A DNA stretch of 64,000 nt from Thermodesulfobacteriota bacterium (GCA_965203965.1 CBDBDR010000017.1:1120001-1184000); one strand, 5' to 3'; shown: positions 39,793-50,466, counted from the stretch's first letter. Notes: generated from the sequence alone by a model not told the origin. A program made the numbers and translations.

Positions 39793-41325
39793 TTGATCTC
39801 TAAGGTTTTAAGTGCAGCTGTTCTGGGAGTGGAGGCTTATCTGGTAGAAGTTGAGGTGGATATTTCGCCTGGTCTTCCGCAGTTTACAACCGTTGGTCTT
39901 GCCGAGGGTGCAGTTAGAGAAAGCAAGGAGCGAGTAAGATCGGCTATAAAAAACTGCCGATACGATTTTCCCCAGAGGCGTATAACGGTAAATCTCGCAC
40001 CTGCAGATATAAAAAAAGAAGGTTCGTCCTTTGATCTTCCGATCTCAATTGGAATTCTTGCGGCTTCAGGCATTATCAAAACGGATTTACTGGGCGAATA
40101 TTTCTTCATGGGAGAGCTTTCACTGGACGGCAAGATAAAGTCTGTAAAAGGGGTTCTTTCTGCTGCTTTACTTGCAAAGAAAATGGAACTGAAAGGGATA
40201 ATAGTTCCAAGGGGAAATTCTCTGGAAGCAGCTTTTGTGGAAGGTGTTGACGTAATTGCCGTGGATACCGTTCAAGATGCCGTGGAGTTTATCATAGGTG
40301 AACGTGAGATCCAGCCTGAAAAAGCAGACTTAAATGGGATCTTTGAAAAGCGGAGCATCTATGATCTGGATTTTGATGAAGTGAAAGGTCAACATCATGT
40401 AAAAAGGGCACTTGAAGTTGCCGCAAGCGGAGGACACAATGTTTTAATGATCGGCTCTCCGGGCAGCGGTAAAACAATGCTTGCCAGAAGGGTCACAACT
40501 ATACTCCCGGACATCACTTTTGAGGAAGCTCTTGAAACGTCAAAGATCTATTCCGTTGCTGGTCTTCTACCGCGAAATGAGTCGTTCATTGCAACCAGAC
40601 CCTTTAGAACTCCTCATCACACAATCAGCGATGCGGGACTGATAGGGGGTGGTGCTTACCCAAAGCCTGGCGAGGTAAGCCTTGCACATAACGGGGTTTT
40701 GTTTTTGGACGAGTTTCCCGAGTTTAAAAAGAACGTGATAGAGGTATTAAGACAACCTCTGGAGGATGGTAACGTTACAATTGCAAGGGCTCTGACCTCA
40801 ATTACCTATCCATCTAGTTTTATGCTGGTTGCAGCAATGAATCCTTGCCCGTGTGGATATTACGGCGACCCAGGTAAACAATGCGTGTGTAGTCACCACC
40901 AGATACATAAATACAGATCCAGATTGTCAGGTCCCCTTTTGGATAGGTTAGATATACATATTGAAGTGCCGTCATTGGATTACAAAAAACTTACTGAGAA
41001 CAGACTTGAGGAATCATCTCAGAAAGTGAGGAATAGAGTAAATAATGCGAGATCGGCACAGAAAAATAGATTTGAAGGCACGGACATATATTCAAATTCC
41101 CAGACGCCACCAAAACTGGTAAGGAAACATTGCCAGCCAAATTCCGAAGGTATCAGGCTTTTGATCAGTGCAATAAAGAAACTGGGCTTGAGTGCCAGAG
41201 CATACGACAGGATACTAAAGGTTGCAAGAACCATAGCTGATCTGGAAGGAGCCTGTGATGTTGCAAGTCATCATATTTCGGAAGCTATACAGTACAGAAG
41301 TTTAGACAGATATACTATTTATTGA
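39793..41325 (+). CDS. comM: YifB/ComM Mg-chelatase-like AAA ATPase
   Basis: RITVNLAPAD, GSPGSGKT, PGEVSLAHNGVLFLDE, NPCPCG. Confidence 0.93.
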   Translation: MISKVLSAAVLGVEAYLVEVEVDISPGLPQFTTVGLAEGAVRESKERVRSAIKNCRYDFPQRRITVNLAPADIKKEGSSFDLPISIGILAASGIIKTDLLGEYFFMGELSLDGKIKSVKGVLSAALLAKKMELKGIIVPRGNSLEAAFVEGVDVIAVDTVQDAVEFIIGEREIQPEKADLNGIFEKRSIYDLDFDEVKGQHHVKRALEVAASGGHNVLMIGSPGSGKTMLARRVTTILPDITFEEALETSKIYSVAGLLPRNESFIATRPFRTPHHTISDAGLIGGGAYPKPGEVSLAHNGVLFLDEFPEFKKNVIEVLRQPLEDGNVTIARALTSITYPSSFMLVAAMNPCPCGYYGDPGKQCVCSHHQIHKYRSRLSGPLLDRLDIHIEVPSLDYKKLTENRLEESSQKVRNRVNNARSAQKNRFEGTDIYSNSQTPPKLVRKHCQPNSEGIRLLISAIKKLGLSARAYDRILKVARTIADLEGACDVASHHISEAIQYRSLDRYTIY

Positions 41326-41377
41326 TCCAAATAGAAACGAACTTGAAAATTAAAATCTTAATCAAGGGTGAAACAAG

Positions 41378-42928
41378 TTGAAAAACGGCTACGTAAACAT
41401 ATTTGACACGACTTTAAGAGACGGGGAGCAGGCACCGGGATGCAGTATGACCGTGGACGAAAAGTTGAGGGTTGCATACCAGCTTGAGAGGCTGGGCGTT
41501 GATATCATTGAGGCGGGATTTCCCATCTCTTCGGAAGAGGATTTTCTTTCAGTCAAGACTATTGCTGAAAAAATAAAGGGTTGCCAGATAGCGGGATTAT
41601 GCAGGGCAAACTTCAAGGACATAGACCGTGGTTGGGAAGCTGTCAAGCATGCTGAAAATCCCAGAATCCATACTTTCATAGCAACGTCAGAGATACATCT
41701 AAAGCATAAGCTCAGAAAATCAAGAGAGCAGGTGTTGGAGATGATCAGTGGAGCCGTCAAACATGCAAAGAACTATACGGAAAACGTGGAATTTTCATGT
41801 GAGGATGCAACACGGACTGATATAAACTACCTTTGCAAAGCGGTTGATATTGCAGTTAAAGCCGGTGCAACGACTATAAACATTCCAGACACCGTTGGAT
41901 ATACAACACCCGGAGAGTTTGCAATCATCATAAGGACGTTAAAAGAAAAGTTGCCGGGGCTGGATGACGTTGTTTTGAGCGTTCACTGTCATAATGATCT
42001 GGGACTTGCAGTTGCAAACTCACTTGCGGCAGTAAATGAAGGTGCAAGACAGGTTGAATGCACAATAAACGGACTGGGAGAGAGGGCTGGTAATTCTTCT
42101 CTTGAAGAAATAGTTATGTCCCTTAAAACAAGGAATGATATTCATCCCTATGTTACAGGAGTAAATACGGAGAGCATCTATCCGACCAGCAGGCTTGTTT
42201 CGCAGGTTACCGGCGTGAACGTCCAGCCGAATAAAGCGGTTGTGGGGGCAAATGCCTTTGCCCATGAGGCAGGGATTCATCAGGACGGTGTTCTCAAACA
42301 TACAGAGACTTATGAAATAATGAAACCTGAAGAAGTTGGTATTCCATCAAATAAGATCGTTCTGGGAAAACATTCAGGTAGGCACGCTTTCAAGAATAGG
42401 ATTGAAGAGTATGGTTATTTTTTAAGTGATGAGGATATAGAGATCGCATTTAAGAAATTCAAGGATCTGGCAGATAAGAAGAAATACGTTTTTGATGAGG
42501 ATATAGAAGCCTTGATCAACGAAGAGTTTCTACGATCATCAAATTACTACAAACTTATAACGGTAAACTTTGCGGGTGGAACCGGCATGTCTCCTACGGC
42601 AACGGTGAAAGTTGAGATTGATGGCAAGGAATTTGTTGCTTCCGAGGCGGGCGGGGGTCCCGTTGACGCAATATACAAAGCGATCAAGAAAGCAACGGGA
42701 GAGCGACCAAAACTTGAAAACTATTCCGTTTCATCCATAACCGGCGGCACCGATGCACAGGGTGAAGTATCCGTAAGAGTTATAGATGAGGCTGAGAGCA
42801 TTGTTTCTCAAGGACACGGCTCGGATACTGATATTGTTGTTGCAAGTGCCAAGGCTTACATTAACGCTCTGAACAAACTTCGCTGGCGAAAGGAGCACCC
42901 CAAGGTATCAGGTGCAAGAGGGATCTAA
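41378..42928 (+). CDS. leuA: 2-isopropylmalate synthase
   Basis: DTTLRDGEQ, HCHNDLG, GERAGN, HEAGIHQDG; C-terminal regulatory domain. Confidence 0.96.
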   Translation: MKNGYVNIFDTTLRDGEQAPGCSMTVDEKLRVAYQLERLGVDIIEAGFPISSEEDFLSVKTIAEKIKGCQIAGLCRANFKDIDRGWEAVKHAENPRIHTFIATSEIHLKHKLRKSREQVLEMISGAVKHAKNYTENVEFSCEDATRTDINYLCKAVDIAVKAGATTINIPDTVGYTTPGEFAIIIRTLKEKLPGLDDVVLSVHCHNDLGLAVANSLAAVNEGARQVECTINGLGERAGNSSLEEIVMSLKTRNDIHPYVTGVNTESIYPTSRLVSQVTGVNVQPNKAVVGANAFAHEAGIHQDGVLKHTETYEIMKPEEVGIPSNKIVLGKHSGRHAFKNRIEEYGYFLSDEDIEIAFKKFKDLADKKKYVFDEDIEALINEEFLRSSNYYKLITVNFAGGTGMSPTATVKVEIDGKEFVASEAGGGPVDAIYKAIKKATGERPKLENYSVSSITGGTDAQGEVSVRVIDEAESIVSQGHGSDTDIVVASAKAYINALNKLRWRKEHPKVSGARGI

Positions 42929-43392
42929 TGGCAATCAAATTTCCTGAAACTTCAAGAATACTAACTCCTTACGTTACGGTGCAAGATGCCGAAAGGTCAA
43001 TTCAGTTTTATAAAAATGCCTTTGGTTTTGAGCTTGTAGAGAATGAATTTATCAAAAATAACGAGGGAAAGATCGTCCACGCGGCAATGTCTTACAATGG
43101 GAAAAGCGTTGTGATGTTTTCACCTGAAGATGCAATGATGCCACCCATGAAGTCTCCCGCGACAACAGGGGTGGATATGCCGGTTGCTTTTTACGTTTAT
43201 TGTGCGGATGTGGATGGTTTTACCGAGAACGCACGCCTGAACGGAGCCAAAGTTCTTTGCGAACCGGATGATATGTTCTGGGGAGACCGTATGGCGAGAT
43301 TTTCAGACCCCGACGGGTATTTTTGGTCTTTTGCCACCCATAAAGGGAAGTTTGATGTTTCCAAATTACCGGAAGGATTTGTTTTGGGGTAG
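42928..43392 (+). CDS. VOC/PhnB-family protein
   Basis: LTPY..FYKNAFG, DMFWGDR...DPDG. Confidence 0.9.
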   Translation: MAIKFPETSRILTPYVTVQDAERSIQFYKNAFGFELVENEFIKNNEGKIVHAAMSYNGKSVVMFSPEDAMMPPMKSPATTGVDMPVAFYVYCADVDGFTENARLNGAKVLCEPDDMFWGDRMARFSDPDGYFWSFATHKGKFDVSKLPEGFVLG

Positions 43393-43553
43393 AAAAAGTC
43401 CTTACTTGCTACCGTTCACTTTGGTAGTGGTGGCAGAGCAAACTATTTACAAACTTCCAACTTGCTTTTTTATCTGCTATATTGATACGCAAAGCCAGTT
43501 TGATGTTAAACGCACAGTCTGGTTACTTGATCTTGAATTTAGGGAGATAGTTT

Positions 43554-45248
43554 ATGTTAAACAATCCAGCAGATTTCAGGCCACCTGTAGAAAAAGGTGA
43601 ATTTATAACGGGGGTCGGAGACGATCCGGACAACCGTGTGGAAGCGGGAGTATTGTTTGTTGGTGCTGGACCTGCAAGCCTTGCTGGGGCTATTCGTCTG
43701 GGACAGCTTCTTTCGGAGGAGCCCGAGCTAATGGAGTCTCTCGGTGAGATACCAATAGCCATAATTGAAAAGGGAAAGTATCCCGGTGCACACCTGCTTT
43801 CAGGTGCAGTTGTCAATCCTTTGGGTTTCAGGACGCTGTTTCCAAATATGAAAGATAGTGATTTTCCGTTTTTTCAGTCTGTCAAGAGTGAGGCGGTTTA
43901 CTTTCTCACAGGTAAAGGTTCATACAGACTTCCAACTCCTCCTACAATGCACAACAAGGGGAATTATGTCGCATCCATAAGCAAAGTTGGTGAGTGGCTT
44001 GCACAAAAGGCAGAGGAAGCCGGGGTGATGATATTTAACGAAATGGCTGGTCAGAAGCTCATAATTGAAGATGGAACAGTCAAAGGTATTAAAACCGATG
44101 ATAAAGGGTTGGACAAAGACGGGGGTAAGATGAATAACTATCAACCCGGGACTGATATACTTGCAAAGGCAACAGTTCTGGGAGAGGGAACGACGGGGCA
44201 TTTGTCCATGGCATTGATAGAGCATTACAATTTGAGAAGAGCCAATCCCCAGATATACGCACTGGGTGTTAAAGAAGTATGGGAAGTAGCAAAGCCTCTT
44301 GATAAAGTTATCCATACAATGGGATGGCCGCTGCGCGGGTCAAAGAAATACGGAGAGTTTGGCGGGAGTTTTATTTATCCAATGGGGGACAATAAGGTTT
44401 CGCTGGGGCTTGTGGTTGGATTGGATTACGCAGATGCAAAACTTTCAGTTCATGATCTACTTCAGCAACTGAAAACTCATCCACTGGTCAAGGAAATACT
44501 CAAAGATGGAAAGAGGGCAGACAACGGATGGGGTGCAAAGACAATTCCGGAAGGTGGATATTACGCCGTTCCTGAAAGATTGAACGTGCCAGGGGCGGTT
44601 ATAATCGGCGATTCGGCGGGACTTGTGAACGTTCCCGCACTCAAGGGGATCCATTATGCGATGATGTCCGGAATTATGGCTGCTGAGAGTATCTTTGCCT
44701 CACTCAAGGGAGAAAAAGATCTGGCAAAGTCCAATTCGCTCGCCAACTATGACGAGGCTTTACGAAGCAGCTTTATATGGAAAGACCTTTACAGCGTCAG
44801 AAACATGAGGCAGGCATTTCATGGTGGTTTTCTAAAGGGTTTTATACTTGCAGGACTTATGACCGCGACAAAGGGTCTTTTTCCTGGAGGCAGATTTGAT
44901 TCTCACCACGATTATGAAAAAGAGATGTTCATAGGAGATAATCCATCCTATCCAAAGCCGGATGGAAAACTCACTTTTGATAAATTAACCAGCGTTTATG
45001 AAAGCGGTAACAGAACCCGTGATAATCAGCCTGATCATATTCGTATCTTGAAGGAAGTGCCTGAGTCCATCGGTGAAACTTGGATAAATATGTGTCCGGC
45101 ACAGGTTTACGAGTGGGATGAGGAAGCAAATGTAAAGGTCATCAGGACTGATCCGTCAAACTGCGTTCAGTGTGGAGCAATTACATCAAAAGGTGGCAGG
45201 CTTTTGCCTCCTGAAGGTGGAGGCGGTCCCGAGTATAAGGAGACTTGA
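43554..45248 (+). CDS. Electron-transfer flavoprotein:quinone oxidoreductase
   Basis: VGAGPA, GAHLLSGA, ALGVKEVW, KGIHYAM.SG, CPAQVY, PEGGGGP.Y. Confidence 0.9.
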   Translation: MLNNPADFRPPVEKGEFITGVGDDPDNRVEAGVLFVGAGPASLAGAIRLGQLLSEEPELMESLGEIPIAIIEKGKYPGAHLLSGAVVNPLGFRTLFPNMKDSDFPFFQSVKSEAVYFLTGKGSYRLPTPPTMHNKGNYVASISKVGEWLAQKAEEAGVMIFNEMAGQKLIIEDGTVKGIKTDDKGLDKDGGKMNNYQPGTDILAKATVLGEGTTGHLSMALIEHYNLRRANPQIYALGVKEVWEVAKPLDKVIHTMGWPLRGSKKYGEFGGSFIYPMGDNKVSLGLVVGLDYADAKLSVHDLLQQLKTHPLVKEILKDGKRADNGWGAKTIPEGGYYAVPERLNVPGAVIIGDSAGLVNVPALKGIHYAMMSGIMAAESIFASLKGEKDLAKSNSLANYDEALRSSFIWKDLYSVRNMRQAFHGGFLKGFILAGLMTATKGLFPGGRFDSHHDYEKEMFIGDNPSYPKPDGKLTFDKLTSVYESGNRTRDNQPDHIRILKEVPESIGETWINMCPAQVYEWDEEANVKVIRTDPSNCVQCGAITSKGGRLLPPEGGGGPEYKET

Positions 45249-45264
45249 ACCGATTTTGCGTTGA

Positions 45265-46491
45265 ATGTATCAACTGAAAGCCCCAACGGCAGTTTTGCTG
45301 GATTCTGATCATGGCTGGATAAATTCCGGCTTGCCAAGTGCTAAAATTTTCAATCAGCCTTCTTTTTCCATAAAGTCGGCAGATGGGTTTATTTATTACC
45401 ACTCTCCAAATTTGCAAAAAAAGTATAAAGGTGATCCAGTAAAAGAGTTGGAAAGGTTTCTTGGAAAGGGTTTTGTTTCAGTAGGTTACATATCCTATGA
45501 GTATTTAAGGTTTACTGATACTGGATCCAAAATCAGGGAAAAAGGAGATCTTAATTACTACGATGCTTGCTTTTATTTTTACAAGGACGAAGAGATCGAG
45601 AGTTGTTGCTATGAAGATATTCCAACATACGGGGGTAAGTTTGATGTGGCGGCTGGTTTTCAGCAGAGTTTGAGGCATGTTTCCAACCTTACAAAGAGCG
45701 AATACATAAAAAATGTAGAAAAAGCTAAGTCGTATATAAGCTCGGGTGATATTTATCAGGTAAATCTTTCACAGAAATACAGCACATCTCGGATTGAAAA
45801 TCCCAATTTGACCCTTCTCAGGTTTTACGAGTTACAGCCCGTTCCTTTTTCCGCATTGATAGAGTTTGATGACCATGTTTTTATAAGTGGGTCAATGGAG
45901 TTGTTTCTCAGAAAAGAGGGGAAAAGAATCGTTACAAAACCCATTAAAGGCACTGCAAAGCGTAGTAATGATAAGATCTCCGATGAAAGAATAAAAAATC
46001 AGCTCAAAGAGAGCAAAAAGGAAAAAGCTGAAAACCTTATGATAGTTGACCTTATGAGAAACGACCTTGGCAGGGTATGTGAGAATGGCTCCGTAAATGT
46101 AAATGAGCTTTTCAGGGTCAACTCATATAAGACCTTGTTCCAAATGGAGTCTGAGGTTGAGGGAGTTTTACGAAGCGATGTAAGGTTAAATGAAATCATT
46201 GCGTTCACTTTTCCACCGGGTTCCGTAACGGGAGCACCAAAAAGCAGAGCGATCGAGATAATTGATGAGATTGAATCTCACTGCAGAGGCCCCTACTGCG
46301 GGGTATTTGGGGTTTTTTATCCGAACATGGATTTTACCCTCAGTGTTGCTATAAGGGTTATGCTGTCAAACCAGAACGGCACTTTCTACTGGGTAGGAGG
46401 TGGTATAGTGTGGGATTCCGACCCGGAGAGTGAATATGAAGAGACTTTACTAAAAGCAAAGGCTATAAGAAAAACGTTATTTGAGAAATGA
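45265..46491 (+). CDS. pabB: Aminodeoxychorismate synthase component I
   Basis: GDIYQVN, KPIKGT, AENLMIVDLMRNDLG, FPPGSVTGAPK. Confidence 0.85.
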   Translation: MYQLKAPTAVLLDSDHGWINSGLPSAKIFNQPSFSIKSADGFIYYHSPNLQKKYKGDPVKELERFLGKGFVSVGYISYEYLRFTDTGSKIREKGDLNYYDACFYFYKDEEIESCCYEDIPTYGGKFDVAAGFQQSLRHVSNLTKSEYIKNVEKAKSYISSGDIYQVNLSQKYSTSRIENPNLTLLRFYELQPVPFSALIEFDDHVFISGSMELFLRKEGKRIVTKPIKGTAKRSNDKISDERIKNQLKESKKEKAENLMIVDLMRNDLGRVCENGSVNVNELFRVNSYKTLFQMESEVEGVLRSDVRLNEIIAFTFPPGSVTGAPKSRAIEIIDEIESHCRGPYCGVFGVFYPNMDFTLSVAIRVMLSNQNGTFYWVGGGIVWDSDPESEYEETLLKAKAIRKTLFEK

Positions 46492-47297
46492 AGGAATTGA
46501 TATTTATTGATGGAGACAAAACAGATGGGCCGCTAAACAGGTCGCTGTTTTACGGCGAAGGCTTGTTTGAAACTTTCAGATGGAAGGGTAGGATGCCTGA
46601 ATATATTTCGGAGCATATCAACAGGATGAGGAGCGGTTCAAGATTTTTGAAAATTCCGTTCCCAGACGAAGGTCATATACTTGAAAAGATCGAAAAAAGC
46701 GTAAAAAAATCTGCTTTAGCCGATCTTCACGTCAAAATAGCTTTGCTCTCAAAAGGGGGCGGTGTTTTTTTCAAAGACCCCCGTGAGTCCTCTATACTCG
46801 TTATAATAATGCCTTACGTGCAAGCTCGAGAAAACGTAACAGTGCGCGTTGCAACTCAAAAAAGAAACAGTGACTCACCATTGATCAGATACAAAACGTT
46901 TAACTACTTGGACAATATAATTGCGAGGCGAGAGGCAATCGGAACAGGATTTGATGATGCGGTTTTTTTGAATGTAAACGATAATTTGACTGAGGCAACG
47001 TCAAGCAACCTCTTCTGGGTAAAGGAAGCAAGCCTTTTCACTCCGTCAGTTGATTCGGGACTGCTTCCGGGAATAACAAGAGAAGTTGTTTTGAATACTG
47101 CCGTTCAACTTGGCTACAAGATAAATTGTGGGCAGTTTGAGATCTCTTCTCTGTTAAGTTCGGATTTCGCCTTTTTGACCAATTCGTTGCGAGGAACGTC
47201 TTGTATCGGTAGGATAAATGAAAAGACGATGCCAAATATCCCGCATGCTTACTCCGGGATCAAAAATGCACTTTTTGAAAAATTTAAATGGATTTAA
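46488..47297 (+). CDS. pabC: Class IV aminotransferase / 4-amino-4-deoxychorismate lyase
   Basis: YGEGLFET, KTFNY, EATSSNLF, LPGITR, TNS; coupled to pabB. Confidence 0.75.
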   Translation: MKELIFIDGDKTDGPLNRSLFYGEGLFETFRWKGRMPEYISEHINRMRSGSRFLKIPFPDEGHILEKIEKSVKKSALADLHVKIALLSKGGGVFFKDPRESSILVIIMPYVQARENVTVRVATQKRNSDSPLIRYKTFNYLDNIIARREAIGTGFDDAVFLNVNDNLTEATSSNLFWVKEASLFTPSVDSGLLPGITREVVLNTAVQLGYKINCGQFEISSLLSSDFAFLTNSLRGTSCIGRINEKTMPNIPHAYSGIKNALFEKFKWI

Positions 47298-47346
47298 TTT
47301 TGTCTTAATCAAAATATAATGATCATCCGGGAGTGGATTTGATACT

Positions 47347-47685
47347 ATGTCAGAGCTAAAAATTTCAGAATATCAGAAGATAGTAGATGATTGGATCAAG
47401 GATGTCGGCGTAAGGTATTATTCCGAGCTATCAAACCTTGCAGAACTTATTGAGGAGGTTGGCGAAGTTGCAAGGATAATGTCCAGAGTCTATGGTGACC
47501 AGAGCTTTAAGGAATCGGACAGAAAATATGATCTATCTGATGAGCTTGCAGATGTTTTTTTTGTGCTTGTGTGCATTGCAAATCAGACTGGGGTAGATCT
47601 AACCGAGTCGCTTAGAAAAAATATGAAAAAAAAATACACTAGGGACAAGGAAAGGCATAAGTCAAATCCCAAGCTCAAGAGCTAA
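47347..47685 (+). CDS. MazG-like nucleotide pyrophosphohydrolase (YpjD-like)
   Basis: EEVGEVAR, DELADV, K..RD..RH. Confidence 0.9.
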   Translation: MSELKISEYQKIVDDWIKDVGVRYYSELSNLAELIEEVGEVARIMSRVYGDQSFKESDRKYDLSDELADVFFVLVCIANQTGVDLTESLRKNMKKKYTRDKERHKSNPKLKS

Positions 47686-47753
47686 TAGGCATAATTATTT
47701 ACAAACAGGTTTAACTGTGATATTTTGACAGGTTTATCAATTTCTCCGTAAAT

Positions 47754-48617
47754 TTGGTTTTGGAGTTTGAAGTGGCAATAAGCGAAAAAGTTGTGAAAAT
47801 GCAGGAAACGACTTGTGAAGACGTTCAAAACATGCCCGACGAACGGGGTATAGCAATAAACAAGGTGGGGATCTGCAGTCTTAAAATGCCTATGGTGTTA
47901 AAGGGTTGTGAAAAAAATCCGGAGTCATCTCAGCACGTTCAAACTACTCTCTCTATCGGAGTAAATCTGGACAGATCAAAAAAAGGTATCCACATGAGCC
48001 GCCTCGTGGAAACCTTGCTAGACCACGGCGAGACCGTTTCGCTTTCTACGATGAAGGGTCTTGTTGACAACCTTCTAAGCAGACAGGGGGCAGAAGAGGC
48101 TTATTTAAAGATAGATTTTGACTACTTTTTTCATAAAGTCGCACCCGTTACCGGGCTTACTGCCCCGCAGGCTTATGGTTGCTCATACAAAATTGAATAT
48201 GTCAAAGAAGGTAGGTTTACGGTTGAGCAAAATGTGGAAGTTCCCGTTAAGACTTTGTGTCCCTGTAGCAAAGAGATCAGCGATTACGGGGCACACAATC
48301 AGAGGTCTAAAGTATGTATTACCGTGGTGCATGAACTTAAAGACGCTCATACCATAGATATTTCTCTGGAGGATATGGTGGAGATTGCGGAGATGGGTGC
48401 TTCTTCGGCTCTGTATCCTATTCTGAAAAGAGAAGATGAAAGACACGTAACAATGAGTGCCTATGACAAGCCGTGCTTTGTGGAAGACGTTGTGAGAAAT
48501 ATTGCAATGGAGTTAAACATTGATAACAGGTTTGATTCCTACAGGATCAAGGTTGTGAATTACGAGAGCATACATAGCCATAACGCCTTTGCGGTGATCG
48601 AAGGCAAGAATATATAA
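47754..48617 (+). CDS. folE2: GTP cyclohydrolase IB (start uncertain)
   Basis: DVQN, KGIHMSR, TLCPCSKEISDYGAHNQR, LKREDE, FVEDVVR, ESIHSHNA. Confidence 0.95.
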   Translation: MVLEFEVAISEKVVKMQETTCEDVQNMPDERGIAINKVGICSLKMPMVLKGCEKNPESSQHVQTTLSIGVNLDRSKKGIHMSRLVETLLDHGETVSLSTMKGLVDNLLSRQGAEEAYLKIDFDYFFHKVAPVTGLTAPQAYGCSYKIEYVKEGRFTVEQNVEVPVKTLCPCSKEISDYGAHNQRSKVCITVVHELKDAHTIDISLEDMVEIAEMGASSALYPILKREDERHVTMSAYDKPCFVEDVVRNIAMELNIDNRFDSYRIKVVNYESIHSHNAFAVIEGKNI

Positions 48618-48734
48618 AGAAAAAGGTTGTTTTTGATCCATAGCGTTTGTATTTAGTTCATCAATTCAGAAGGGAGCACAGTTCCCTTACCAGCCAATAA
48701 TACCCTGATGATTGCTGTAATTGTGTCCACGCAA

Positions 48735-49071
48735 ACGGATTCGGAGGGACTTCCAATAAGAAATTAGTCCTATAACAAGTAAATTTCAGCCAATGTTTAT
48801 AGGGTCATATAAAGCCCTGTTTATAATGTCTTTATAACTTGTTGTTAAAAATGCTTTAATGTGAACAGATTGTGGACAACTTGTTTCCAATAAGTTGTCA
48901 ATTTTCTTAACTACCCGTAATTATTGAATAAAATAGAAATAGAAAGATAATTAGTTTTAATTGAATTATTTTTAAGTTGTGGATTATTACAAATTGTTTC
49001 ACGTGAAACAGTTATTTACCAATACAGAATTTACTGAATATTTCCCCCAGAATATCTTCAGTTGTTACCTC
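48735..49071. repeat. 337-bp direct repeat, copy 1 (parS, DnaA-box-like 9-mers, mnmE 3' end)
   Basis: Near-identical to 50664-51000 (offset 1929). Confidence 0.95.
48995..49010. promoter_or_regulatory. parS site
   Basis: Perfect TGTTTCACGTGAAACA. Confidence 0.92.
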
Positions 49072-50430
49072 TCCGGTGATCTCCCCTAAATTATCAAGCA
49101 CATGCTTCAATTCAATAGACATAATTTCCAACTGTTTATCTTGTTTTATTGCCTCTATAAATAAACTGAGATGGTCTTTTGCTTTTTCCAAAGCCATTTT
49201 GTGTCTAATATCAGTCAAGTATAGTTCGGCTCCTTCTGTTAGACTCTTATTGTCCGTAATTAACCTGTATATCGCTTCCTTCAGATTTTCCATACCTGTG
49301 TTTTCTTTGGCTGATGTGTAAACAATTCTGTCTTCTGCAATGTATTTTTTGAGTCTGTTTGTATTTAGCTTCACGCCAAGATCCGTTTTATTGACAACTG
49401 CTATGTGATTTTTTTTCATCCCTTTTTTCAAAACTTCAATATCGTTACTGTCCATTTCACTGCTTGCATCAAGAACTATTATTATAAATTCGGACTGTTC
49501 TGCTTTTTGAAAGGCGATATTCACACCGACCTTTTCTATCTCGTCCCCCGTTTTCCTTATACCTGCCGTATCAGTCAGTCTCAAAATTATTCCATGAACA
49601 TTGACGGTTTCTTCAATAAAGTCTCTGGTTGTCCCAGCTAAATGGCTCACTATTGCTCTTTCTTCTTTCAGCATAGTGTTCAGTAGACTGGATTTGCCGA
49701 CGTTTGGTTTGCCGAGTATTGTGGTAGAAATTCCGTTTTTTATTATCTTGCCCGTATTAAAAGTCTCAATGAAGTCTGAAATGTTGCTTAACAGTTTGAC
49801 CGTTTCATTTTCTACTTTATTTTTTACCATAGGATTTATGTCTTCTTCAGGAAAATCTATTTGAGCTTCTACTTCAGCAAGTATGTTCAGGGTATTATCT
49901 TTGTAGAAATTTATCTTGTCCGATAACTCTCCTCTAAGCTGTTTTTCTGCCTGTTTCAGGCTGGTTTCAGACTGTGCACAGATAATATCAGCGACCGCTT
50001 CGGCTTGGGCGAGGTCCATCTTTCCATTAATATATGCTCTTTGAGTAAATTCTCCGGGTAATGCAACCCTGTGTCCGAGGCTCGTAATGATTTTCAGTAT
50101 CTTTTTAGGAATTATATGTCCACCGTGGGAATATATCTCCACTACGTCCTCACCCGTGTATGAATTTGGGGCTCTCATTATGGTTATTAGCACTGAATCT
50201 ATTACAGAGTCGTCTGAACTATCAACAATGTCCCCATGATAAATTTTTCTGCTTTCAAATGTTGTGTCAGTTGATTTTGAACTGTCCGACTGTGCTGATC
50301 TTTTTTTGAATATCCGGTTCAGTATTTTTTCCGAATCTTTACCTGATATTCTTATTACTGCTATCCCTCCCTCACCTTCTGGTGTTGAAATTGCAGCTAT
50401 GGTTTCTTCGGATAAATAATCTTTGCCCAT
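49012..50430 (-). CDS. mnmE: tRNA modification GTPase MnmE
   Basis: TIAAISTP, SYTGEDVVE, GKPNVGKSSL, GTTRD, DTAG, FSKFCIGK. Confidence 0.98.
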   Translation of the reverse strand: MGKDYLSEETIAAISTPEGEGGIAVIRISGKDSEKILNRIFKKRSAQSDSSKSTDTTFESRKIYHGDIVDSSDDSVIDSVLITIMRAPNSYTGEDVVEIYSHGGHIIPKKILKIITSLGHRVALPGEFTQRAYINGKMDLAQAEAVADIICAQSETSLKQAEKQLRGELSDKINFYKDNTLNILAEVEAQIDFPEEDINPMVKNKVENETVKLLSNISDFIETFNTGKIIKNGISTTILGKPNVGKSSLLNTMLKEERAIVSHLAGTTRDFIEETVNVHGIILRLTDTAGIRKTGDEIEKVGVNIAFQKAEQSEFIIIVLDASSEMDSNDIEVLKKGMKKNHIAVVNKTDLGVKLNTNRLKKYIAEDRIVYTSAKENTGMENLKEAIYRLITDNKSLTEGAELYLTDIRHKMALEKAKDHLSLFIEAIKQDKQLEIMSIELKHVLDNLGEITGEVTTEDILGEIFSKFCIGK

Positions 50431-50450
50431 AACTTAATTATTACTGAATA

Positions 50451-50466
50451 CGTTTCACGTGAAACA
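50451..50466. promoter_or_regulatory. parS site
   Basis: CGTTTCACGTGAAACA, 20 bp upstream of mnmE start. Confidence 0.88.

Noticed and set aside
48840..48990. Primary oriC near mnmE
   Set aside because: Few DnaA-box-like sites and no trio run; the dnaA-dnaN interval fits better
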